DNA from: an uncultured delta proteobacterium
GTDB taxonomy: Bacteria; Myxococcota; Kuafuiibacteriia; Kuafuiibacteriales; Kuafuiibacteriaceae
Length of the DNA stretch: 64,000 nt
Direction: 5' to 3'
Assembly (NCBI GenBank): GCA_963803435.1
Contig: CAWDML010000001.1
Coordinates: forward strand, 3,168,001 to 3,232,000
Under the pieces are notes generated by a model. That model was not told the DNA's origin. It ran no database searches and was given only the letters and a program-made list of their open reading frames with translations. Each line of letters begins with the position of its first letter. The first letter of the stretch is position 1. The position numbers were made by a program, and so were the translations under genes. Below are positions 54,176-62,039 of this stretch, one piece after another.

Positions 54176-54557
54176 ATGGTCACTTTCGATCACGAGAAGC
54201 TCGAGGTCTACCAGCTCGCCGTCGAGTATGCCGACATCGCTGAAGAGATCGCACAAGAACTGCAACCCGGTCACGCTCACGTCCGCGATCAGCTTCGGCG
54301 GGCATCCGATTCCATCGTGAACTACACCGCCAAGGGCGCCGGAGAGTTCAATCCACCTGAGAAGGCTCGCTTCTACCGCTCGCTTCTACCGGATGGCACT
54401 TCGCTCTGGCACCGAAAGCGCCGCCTCACTCCACACCTGCTTGAGGCGCCGACTCGCCAACGAGCAGAAGCTCCAAGCCGCCAGAGCCAAGCTCAAGCGC
54501 TTTGTCGAGATGCTCACGCGCCTCATCAAGTCGATGAACGCACGCCGGGCTGCATGA
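54176..54557 (+). pseudogene. Four-helix-bundle protein (23S rRNA IVP / Avd-like), frameshifted by a 13-bp tandem duplication
   Basis: 'FDHEKLEVYQLA...DQLRRASDSIVNYTAKGAGE...EKARFYR'. CTCGCTTCTACCG is duplicated (54366-54378, 54379-54391); removing one copy gives 'MALRSGTESAA...VEMLTRLIKS' and a 122-aa protein. Confidence 0.88.
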
Positions 54558-54562
54558 TCGCC

Positions 54563-54598
54563 ATCGGGACCGGGACCGGGACCCGGACCCGGACCGGG
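54563..54598 (+). repeat. Hexamer tandem array, 6 units, inverted relative to 53009-53050
   Basis: atcggg accggg accggg acccgg acccgg accggg. Confidence 0.95.
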
Positions 54599-54634
54599 CT
54601 CGCGGTATCGCTACGCGCTACACGCTCCTAGCGG

Positions 54635-55435
54635 TCATTTGAAGGAGACCCGGACCTGCTTCTGGGTCTCCATCTTCATCCCCGGCACCGCGTTGAACGC
54701 CTTGGCGGTCTCGTCGTACGAGTCTGCGTTGATCACGGCCGCCAGTCGGGTCGCGTCGTCGATCAGGGTGTTGAAGTCGAGCGCGATCAGCGTGATACGG
54801 TTGCCGTCGCGGAACTTGGCGTTGGTCTTCTCGACCTTCCCGTCGACCTCCACCTGGATCAGGACCTTCATGTCCTTGAGGAAGCCGCGCATCATCTCGA
54901 AGTTCTCGTCCGACGGATCGATCTTCTTCGGCGCCGCCTTCTTGCCCTTCTTGTTGTCCTCGTGTGGGACCTTGACCGTGAGCTCGGCCGTCCGTCCCTT
55001 CTTGAAGCCGAAGCGCATCGGATCGCTGCGCTGCTCCTCGGGCTGCGGGCCGCTGGGCGCGCGCTTGCCAGGGTCGGGATCGATCGCAACGGCGGTGACG
55101 TCCGTGAACGTGTAGTTGGCCGTGTAGCCCTTGAACCGCCCGCGCGCGAGGGGCTCGGCCGACACGTACGTTACGCCCTTGCCCTTCTTGATCGCCTGCG
55201 CCTTCAGCTGGTTCTCGTCGATGTCCCAGGGGCGCGACGTCCCCTGGGCGGCGGCGGGCAGTCGCTTGAGGAAGTCCTCGAGGAGGCCGACGTCGAACAG
55301 GACGGTCTCCGTGAAGGTGCCGCTGCCGTCCTTCTTCACCTTGAGCAGCATCTCCAGCTGGATACAGCCGGACATGAACAGCGAGAGCAGGACCGTCAGG
55401 ATCAGGATGGGTAACGAGGAGCGAGAACGGCGCAT
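54635..55435 (-). CDS. Conserved hypothetical lipoprotein
   Basis: Lipobox MSG|C; 'LKVKKDGSGTFTET', 'YTFTDVT', 'VDGKVEKTNA'. Confidence 0.75.
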   Translation of the reverse strand: MRRSRSSLPILILTVLLSLFMSGCIQLEMLLKVKKDGSGTFTETVLFDVGLLEDFLKRLPAAAQGTSRPWDIDENQLKAQAIKKGKGVTYVSAEPLARGRFKGYTANYTFTDVTAVAIDPDPGKRAPSGPQPEEQRSDPMRFGFKKGRTAELTVKVPHEDNKKGKKAAPKKIDPSDENFEMMRGFLKDMKVLIQVEVDGKVEKTNAKFRDGNRITLIALDFNTLIDDATRLAAVINADSYDETAKAFNAVPGMKMETQKQVRVSFK

Positions 55436-55491
55436 TCGCTGCACCCTATGACATTGCGCGGTGCGGATCCACGTGTGATCGTGCGGGCCCG

Positions 55492-57579
55492 ATGAAGAAG
55501 AGGCCGATCGTGATTGCCTCCTTCGGCTTCACCTTTGGCGTCCTCTACGGCCCCGGCGCGTTTCCTTGGGTCGACGTGATCGCCGGCCTCGTCTGTCTCG
55601 CGATCGCGAGGCGCCGGGAGTTTCGAACCCGCATCGCCTACGCGACCTTCGTCATCGTGGGCGCGTTCCTGCTCGGCCTCACCATCGGTGTGTTCCGACT
55701 TCCCGGCCCCGAGACGATCACCGAGGCGTCGACGCTCGTCCTCGAGGGCGAGGTCGTCGAGGTTGCGGATCGCGGTCTGCTCGCGGACGGCCTGGTCGTC
55801 GACGTGACGGGCACCGCCACGGCCGCCGGTGCGCAGCTCACGCCGGCCCGCGGACGGATCCTCCTGCGATTGCCCCACGAGGACGGCGCCCTCCACCCGG
55901 CCGCGTGCGCGGCGCCGGGCGGGCGGATCCGGGCGCGGGTGCGGATCAGCCCCCGGCAGCCGTCCCTGGTGCCCGCCTTTCGCTCGAGGCGACTGGCCGT
56001 CCGGCGCGGCGTTCAGCTGTACGGCGAGGCGGTCGGCCCTTGCGTCGCGCTCGATCCCGGGCCGGCCGCGCTCACCGCGCTCCAGCGCTCGATCGCCGCG
56101 GTGATCCGCCGGGCCGCGCCGCGGGACGGCGGCCTCCTGGGCGCGCTCGCCACCGGCGATCGCACGGGCACCGAGCTCGACGCGGAGGCGCGCATCGTCC
56201 ACGCGGGGCTCGGATACCTGCTCGAGCTCTACGGTCTGAGCATGGCGCTCCTGCTGTTCTTCTTTCTCTTCCTCCTTCGCCGCCACCGAATGCGCGGAAG
56301 TCAGCTGGCGTTGATCCTCATCGTCCCGCTGGCGCTCCTCTTCGGCGGGACGCCCTCGATCATCCGGATCGCGCTCCTGCTCGCGTGCCTGCTCCTTCCT
56401 TCCCTGACCCGCGGGCGGATCGACGTGTTCGACGCCCTCGCGATCGCCGTGATCGCGGTTCTGGCAGTGTCGCCGTCGGCGCTGGGCGACACGCGCTTCC
56501 AGCTCGCCTTCGCCGGCACCTCCGCGGTCGTGCGTCTCTATCCCGGGATCATGGAGAAGCTGCCGCGCCTCGGCACGATCCGCCGCTCGCTCCGCGCACC
56601 GCTCCAGCTCCTGCTGATCGCGATCGCGGTGGCGTTCGGAACGGCCGGGCTGGCGGCGCGCCAGTTCGATCGGGTCTCGCTGCTCTCCTTCGCCGTCGCG
56701 CCGCTGGCGATCGGCGCGATGATCGGGCTGATCGCTCCGCTCTCGCTGATCGGCGGAGCGCTGGCGGCGATCACGCCGGCGCTGGGGATCCCGCCGCTCT
56801 GGATCGCCGGCACCGCGCTCGAGGCGCTGCTCCGGATCCTCCCCAGCGGAGGCGCCGGCAGCATCCCCACGCCGACCGTGTTCGAGTGCATCGTCTTCTA
56901 CGGCATCATGAGCTCGATCGCAGCGCCCACACCGCAGGTCGAGCGACGCGTCACACCGATGCGCGTCGCGGCCGCGCTCTCGCTCTTCCTGATCGCCTGG
57001 GTGGGCGCGGGCATCTGGGTCCGCTCGGCCGGTCACGACCTCGAGGTCGCGGTGCTCCCCACGCCGCGCGGAGTCGCCGACGTGATCCGCCTGCCGGACG
57101 ACGCCGTGCTCGTGCGCGACACCGCGCCGCCGGCCGCCTGGTTCCAGATGGAGCAACGCCTGGTCAGCAATCACCTCAAGCTGCACCGCGAGACCCGGAT
57201 CGACGCCCTGATCGCGGATCCCGGGGACGACCTCGAGGGCGCCCGCGAGCTCGCCCATCAGTTCCCGGTGGGCGAGGTCTGGTGGACGCGCGCACCCGCC
57301 GATCCCACGGCGCTCGAGAGCGACCGGATCCTCGACTCACCGATCCAGCGGGCCGGCACCCGCATCCGGTCGACGCCCGCCGGGGTGCGGCTCGAGCTCG
57401 AGGGCCGCTCCATCCTCCTCGCGTCGACCGCCACCTCGAGCATGGCCGCCGACGCCGTCGTCTCGCCGGACGGCACGGTCACGTCGAGCGAGGGGACGTA
57501 CCGCACGGAGACCCAGGGCATGATCCGGATCCGCATCGACGAGGGCCGCCTCGAGGTGATCCCGCTGGTCTCCCGCTGA
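55492..57579 (+). CDS. comEC: ComEC/Rec2-family competence protein (divergent)
   Basis: N-terminal TMs, OB-like region, 'LLGALATGDR', 'TPSIIR', 'PSALGDTRFQLAF', multi-TM core, degenerate C-terminal domain ending 'T...GMIRI'. Confidence 0.78.
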   Translation: MKKRPIVIASFGFTFGVLYGPGAFPWVDVIAGLVCLAIARRREFRTRIAYATFVIVGAFLLGLTIGVFRLPGPETITEASTLVLEGEVVEVADRGLLADGLVVDVTGTATAAGAQLTPARGRILLRLPHEDGALHPAACAAPGGRIRARVRISPRQPSLVPAFRSRRLAVRRGVQLYGEAVGPCVALDPGPAALTALQRSIAAVIRRAAPRDGGLLGALATGDRTGTELDAEARIVHAGLGYLLELYGLSMALLLFFFLFLLRRHRMRGSQLALILIVPLALLFGGTPSIIRIALLLACLLLPSLTRGRIDVFDALAIAVIAVLAVSPSALGDTRFQLAFAGTSAVVRLYPGIMEKLPRLGTIRRSLRAPLQLLLIAIAVAFGTAGLAARQFDRVSLLSFAVAPLAIGAMIGLIAPLSLIGGALAAITPALGIPPLWIAGTALEALLRILPSGGAGSIPTPTVFECIVFYGIMSSIAAPTPQVERRVTPMRVAAALSLFLIAWVGAGIWVRSAGHDLEVAVLPTPRGVADVIRLPDDAVLVRDTAPPAAWFQMEQRLVSNHLKLHRETRIDALIADPGDDLEGARELAHQFPVGEVWWTRAPADPTALESDRILDSPIQRAGTRIRSTPAGVRLELEGRSILLASTATSSMAADAVVSPDGTVTSSEGTYRTETQGMIRIRIDEGRLEVIPLVSR

Positions 57580-57583
57580 GCCG

Positions 57584-58729
57584 TCACGCCGGATACGTTC
57601 GGCCCTTCCACTCGATCCGAGCCCGACCGAACGACCAGCGCATCAACAGCAACCACGCCAGGAGACCGCCCACCGGTGCCAGCGGAGCGAGCCACCAGCG
57701 CGTGTGCGAGAGCCTTCGCACGTAGGCCTGTACCCAGAGGACGAAGACGTACTGGAGAAGGCCGAAGAGCGCCGCAGCGGCCGGCAGCGCGTCGAAGGAG
57801 AGGACCGTCGCGACCGCGGTGGCGGTCGGCGTGAGCGCGAGCAGCCAGATGAGGAGCGACAGGGCCGCCAACCTGGGCAGGCCGTTCAGCTGCAGGTGAA
57901 CGTTGCGCGCGAAGCCTCGATGGATCTCGGCCAGCGTCGCGTACGAGGTGGTCCGCCAGAGCGCCGGTGCGCCCACGCCGAACGCGTACCTCGCCCCGGA
58001 GCGCGACAGCTCCCGGGCCAGCGCCCGATCCTCGGCGACCTCCGCCTTGACCCCCTCCATCCCGCCGGCCCGATCGAGCGCTGCGCGCGCGATCAGGAAC
58101 CAACCGCCGCAGGCGGTGGAGAACGTCTCGCCGTCGGTCCGGCGCTTCCGCTCGATCGACGCCGCGATGATCGCATACAGCTGCGGCGTCACCAGGTTCG
58201 AGATCGTCGTCGGGTGGACGATCTCGCCGACCAGCGAGACGGCGTCGGCGTGGTTCCTCAATGCGAACGCCAGGCCGTTCTCGACGCTCCGCTCGCGGTG
58301 GAGGGTATCGGCGTCGGTGAGGAGCAGCCACTCACCCGTCGCGCGGGCCGCGGCGAGCCCCAGCGCGTGCGGCTTCCCAAACCAACCCTCTGGCAGCGCC
58401 TCGGTCCGGATCACCGTGAAGCGCTCGTCGGTGCCAGCGTGCTGCTTCGCCTCGTCGAAGGTCCGATCGCTCGAGCGATCGTCCACGATGATGACCTCGA
58501 AGTTCGGGTAGGTCTGGGCGCGGAGGCTGTCGACACAGGGCCCGACCTTCCCCTCCTCGTCGCGCGCTGCGATCAGTATGGACACCTTGGGCCGCGGCTC
58601 CGCGACCGCCAGCGGCTCATCGGCGGTCACCCAGTCGCCGGTTCGACGACGTGCCGCCCGCGCCGCCTTCAACAGCGTCACCCACCAGAAGGGCAACAGC
58701 AGCCCGGAGAGGACGAGGAGCGCGGTCAC
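57584..58729 (-). CDS. Family 2 glycosyltransferase, membrane-bound
   Basis: 'SILIAARDE', 'VDDRSSDRT', 'GWFGKPHAL', 'LTDAD', 'AEDRALA', 'IEWKGRTY'. Confidence 0.9.
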   Translation of the reverse strand: MTALLVLSGLLLPFWWVTLLKAARAARRRTGDWVTADEPLAVAEPRPKVSILIAARDEEGKVGPCVDSLRAQTYPNFEVIIVDDRSSDRTFDEAKQHAGTDERFTVIRTEALPEGWFGKPHALGLAAARATGEWLLLTDADTLHRERSVENGLAFALRNHADAVSLVGEIVHPTTISNLVTPQLYAIIAASIERKRRTDGETFSTACGGWFLIARAALDRAGGMEGVKAEVAEDRALARELSRSGARYAFGVGAPALWRTTSYATLAEIHRGFARNVHLQLNGLPRLAALSLLIWLLALTPTATAVATVLSFDALPAAAALFGLLQYVFVLWVQAYVRRLSHTRWWLAPLAPVGGLLAWLLLMRWSFGRARIEWKGRTYPA

Positions 58730-58796
58730 GGCGGGGGCGATTATCGCACACTCACCTTCGTCGACTCCGCCAGAAGCGTTGCTACACTCGAACGCC

Positions 58797-59879
58797 GTGG
58801 ACCTCGCCGACCTGGCTGCGCTGGTCGCGGAGAATCCGGACCTGGTCGATCCGTATCTCGTCTACGCCGACCAGCTCCAAGAGACCGGTGATCCGCGGGG
58901 CGAGCTGATCACGCTGGACCGCATGCGGCTCGAATCCCCGCACGACCCCGAGCGGGTGCGGGCGGTGGCGCGCCATCTCGATCGACACCGTCACGCGCTC
59001 CTCGGTCCGCTCGTCGATCTGTCCGCGTGCCTCACCGACGTGAAGTGGCACCTCGGCTTCCTGAAGAGCGTCACGCTGCTCCATCCCCAAAACGCGCGAC
59101 CCGACGAGGTGGCGGCCTGGGTGGAAGCGCTGCTCGAAGCTCCCGCGGGCCGGTTCCTCCGCGAGCTCACGCTGACGCCCTTGATGGCCGGCGACTACAC
59201 CACGGTGATGCGCAGCCTGGCCCTGCGCGGCCGAAGCCTGCGCAGCCTACGGATCGGTCCCGGGTTGGGACAGTCGCCGGTGCGGATGGAGGTGAGCGGC
59301 GCCGCGAACGCGCTGCGAAGCCTCGAGTCGCTGTCGCTGGCGGCGACGTGGATCCGATTGGGCCGGCTCGACCTGCCCCGACTCCGCCAGCTCGAGCTGT
59401 GGGTCGACACGTTCTCGAGCGATCATCTGCACGCGATCGTCAACGCCGAGTGGGATTCGCTCCGGGCGCTCTCGCTGGCCTTCAGCCACGGGCGCACGGA
59501 GCTGCCGCGCCTCCTGCTCGCGCGGATGCCGCACCTCGAGCACCTTCGCGTCGGCGCCCGTGTCCCGGCCGAGCTGGCGGGCTTCGTCGGCGAGCTGGCC
59601 CGCAGCGAGCTGGCGCGCGGGCTGGTCACGCTGGCGATCGCAGGCGTCGGCCGCGACGACATCGAGCGACTGGTCGACTCCGCCGGCGCGTTCGAGTCGC
59701 TGAAGCAGCTCCGGATCCGCTCTCGAGGACAGATCGACGATCTGTTCGACCGCTTCCGGGAGCGCGGCGTGGAGGTGACGTACCGCCGCTCGCAGGAGTT
59801 CGATCCCTGGGACGAGCCGACCGACGTGGAGCCCAACGACACGCTCGACCTCGGCCTCGAGATCTCGGTGGGCGGCTGA
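58797..59879 (+). CDS. TIGR02996-like domain plus leucine-rich repeats
   Basis: 'VAENPD...YLVYADQLQETGDPRGELI', 'WHLGFLKSV', LxxLxL repeats. Confidence 0.78.
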   Translation: MDLADLAALVAENPDLVDPYLVYADQLQETGDPRGELITLDRMRLESPHDPERVRAVARHLDRHRHALLGPLVDLSACLTDVKWHLGFLKSVTLLHPQNARPDEVAAWVEALLEAPAGRFLRELTLTPLMAGDYTTVMRSLALRGRSLRSLRIGPGLGQSPVRMEVSGAANALRSLESLSLAATWIRLGRLDLPRLRQLELWVDTFSSDHLHAIVNAEWDSLRALSLAFSHGRTELPRLLLARMPHLEHLRVGARVPAELAGFVGELARSELARGLVTLAIAGVGRDDIERLVDSAGAFESLKQLRIRSRGQIDDLFDRFRERGVEVTYRRSQEFDPWDEPTDVEPNDTLDLGLEISVGG

Positions 59880-59897
59880 ACCGATCGCGGCCGTGTC

Positions 59898-60242
59898 ATG
59901 TCGATCGTGTTCGTCCTGATGCTCACGATGACGGCGCCCTCCGACCCATGGCTCGGGAGCGACAAGCTCATCCACTTCGGCGCCACTGCGGTCCTGGGCG
60001 CGAGCGGCTACGCGATCGGTGCGGAGCTGGGCGAGGAGCGCGCCCCGCGCCTGGTGGTCGGGGCGACCCTCTCGCTCGGCGCAGCCGCCGCCAAGGAGCT
60101 CGCCGACTGGGCGGGGTCCGGAGATCCGTCGTGGCGTGACTTCGCCTGGAGCACCGCCGGCGCCGCTGCCGGCCTCCTGATCGCGTGGGCGATCGACGTC
60201 TGGCTGGCCGAGCCCGCCGCGCCGATCTTTCTCCGCTGGTGA
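59898..60242 (+). CDS. YfiM/DUF2279-like small membrane protein
   Basis: 'DPWLGSDKLIHF...AAKELAD...SWRDFAW..AGA'. Confidence 0.8.
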   Translation: MSIVFVLMLTMTAPSDPWLGSDKLIHFGATAVLGASGYAIGAELGEERAPRLVVGATLSLGAAAAKELADWAGSGDPSWRDFAWSTAGAAAGLLIAWAIDVWLAEPAAPIFLRW

Positions 60243-60249
60243 GCGCGCC

Positions 60250-62013
60250 TCAGATCTCGGCGGGGACCGAGGATTCGTGGCGCACGATCCGCCGCACGGC
60301 CAGCGCGACCACGACGACCGCCAGCACGGCCAGGACCAGGTCGGTGACGAGCAGCAGCCACTGCCCACCGCCGTAGTGCTTGCCGACGAGCTGCCAGAGA
60401 GACGCGATGGTGGTGACGACCATGAACGCCGCCGGCAGCGCCGTGAACAGATAGCGGCGGCCGTGGGCCATCAGCCACACCGTCCCGGTCACCAGCGTGA
60501 GCGCGGCGAGCAGCTGATTGGCGGTGCCGAAGACCGGCCAGATCCGCTTCCAGTCACCGTCGTAGATCAAGACGAGGATCATCAGGAGAGGGATCGCTGT
60601 GTTGATGAGGCGGCTTTTCAGGATCCTTGGCGTCCTTGTTGCGAACACCACTCCCCACAGCTCTTCGAAGAGATACCGGGACAGACGGACGATGGTGTCG
60701 GTGGTGGTGACGAGGAAGCCCTCGAGCAGCAGGATGCCGAACAGCGTCCCGAACACAGGAGAAAGATCGAAGCCCTTGTGGAGGGCGCCGCCGATCGCGG
60801 CGGCGAACGCGAGCGCAGCGTTGCCCTTGCCGAGGTGGCCGTGATCGTCGACCGGCCAGACGATGTGGTTGTAGCCGGCCTGTCCGAGACCGGCCAGGAT
60901 GACCAGCGTGACGCAGATGCCGAGCAGCGCCTCGCCGAGCATCGCTCCGTAGCCGATCGGCAAGATGTGTCGCTCCTGCGCGACCTGCTTCGCCGTGGTG
61001 CCGCTCGCCACCAGCGCGTGGGCTCCCGAGATCGATCCGCACGCCACCGTCACGAAGAGCACCGGCCACATCGATCCGAGCGCGCCCGCGGCCGGTGAAT
61101 CGCTGGCAGCGAAGGCGGGGCCGTCGATGGTCACGCCGTGGAAGCCGCACGCCAGCACGCCCGCGACCATCGCCACGATGCCCGCGTAGAGGAACTGGAC
61201 GTTGGTGAAGTCGCGCGGCTGGATGACGACCCACACCGGGATGAAGCCGGCGACCAGACAATAGAGCGCGACGATGTAGATCCAGATCTGCGGATCGATC
61301 GAGAGCGGGACGACCAGCCCGATCCACACCGACAGTCCGCACACCACCAGCGACAGCGTCACGGACATGCCGAGCGAGAGGCCCCTTCGATACATGAGCC
61401 AGCCGATCAACGGCGCGGCCGCCGTCATGACCACCACCGAGGTGCTGGCCACTCCGCCGATGACGCCGTGGACGACGCCGTCCTTCACCACCGTGGCGAG
61501 CAGCGTCTGATCGGGGGCAAGGTCGAGCGCCTCGAGCGGATAGGTGGACGTGAGCGCCACGGCCACCAGATCGAGGAAGGCGGCGCCGACGAGCACGCAG
61601 AGGATCACGGCAAACGCCAGGAAGAGCACGTAGCCGGTGGTGCCGAGCACGCCACGCGTCACCTCCGCGATCGACTTGCCGCCGGAACGAACGCTGAGGA
61701 ACAGCGCGGTCATGTCGTGCATCGCGCCGATGAAGACGACGCCGAGCAGGATCCACGACCAGGTGGGGACATAGCCGAACGCGAGCGCGACGGTCGGCCC
61801 GACGATCGGCCCGGCGGCCGCGATCGAGGCGTAGTGGTGCCCGAACAGGACGACCGGGTTCGCGGGGACGTAGTCGACGCCGTCGTCGAGCGCTCTCGCC
61901 GGCGTCTCTCGGCTGTCGTCGACGCCGAGCCACCGGGCCACGCGGCGGCCATAGAAGAAGTACCCGAGCCCCAGGACGATCAGGGCGAAGACCATGGGAA
62001 GCGCGGCGTTCAT
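60250..62013 (-). CDS. cstA: Carbon starvation protein A (peptide/pyruvate transporter)
   Basis: 'DGVDYVP...LFGHHYASIAAAGPIVGP', 'QPRD', 'VACGSISGAHALVASGTT', 'IWPVFGTANQLLA'. Confidence 0.93.
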   Translation of the reverse strand: MNAALPMVFALIVLGLGYFFYGRRVARWLGVDDSRETPARALDDGVDYVPANPVVLFGHHYASIAAAGPIVGPTVALAFGYVPTWSWILLGVVFIGAMHDMTALFLSVRSGGKSIAEVTRGVLGTTGYVLFLAFAVILCVLVGAAFLDLVAVALTSTYPLEALDLAPDQTLLATVVKDGVVHGVIGGVASTSVVVMTAAAPLIGWLMYRRGLSLGMSVTLSLVVCGLSVWIGLVVPLSIDPQIWIYIVALYCLVAGFIPVWVVIQPRDFTNVQFLYAGIVAMVAGVLACGFHGVTIDGPAFAASDSPAAGALGSMWPVLFVTVACGSISGAHALVASGTTAKQVAQERHILPIGYGAMLGEALLGICVTLVILAGLGQAGYNHIVWPVDDHGHLGKGNAALAFAAAIGGALHKGFDLSPVFGTLFGILLLEGFLVTTTDTIVRLSRYLFEELWGVVFATRTPRILKSRLINTAIPLLMILVLIYDGDWKRIWPVFGTANQLLAALTLVTGTVWLMAHGRRYLFTALPAAFMVVTTIASLWQLVGKHYGGGQWLLLVTDLVLAVLAVVVVALAVRRIVRHESSVPAEI

Positions 62014-62039
62014 GGGTTCTCGGGCCCCATCCTACCGTT

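Larger units (their letters stand above)
52975..54631. mobile_element. IS1182-family element with a passenger gene, bounded by CTAG and long terminal inverted repeats
   Basis: Perfect 20-bp inverted repeat CTAGGAGCGTGTAGCGCGTA (52975-52994 / 54612-54631), extended to ~70 bp by hexamer arrays. The interior looks less GC-rich than the flanks. Confidence 0.85.

Noticed and set aside
54176-54557. Four-helix-bundle gene as the Avd of a diversity-generating retroelement, or as a 23S rRNA intervening sequence
   Set aside because: No reverse transcriptase, no TR/VR pair and no rRNA in the window.
53009-54598. Hexamer arrays as a CRISPR array
   Set aside because: 6-bp tandem units with no spacers, and no cas genes in the window.
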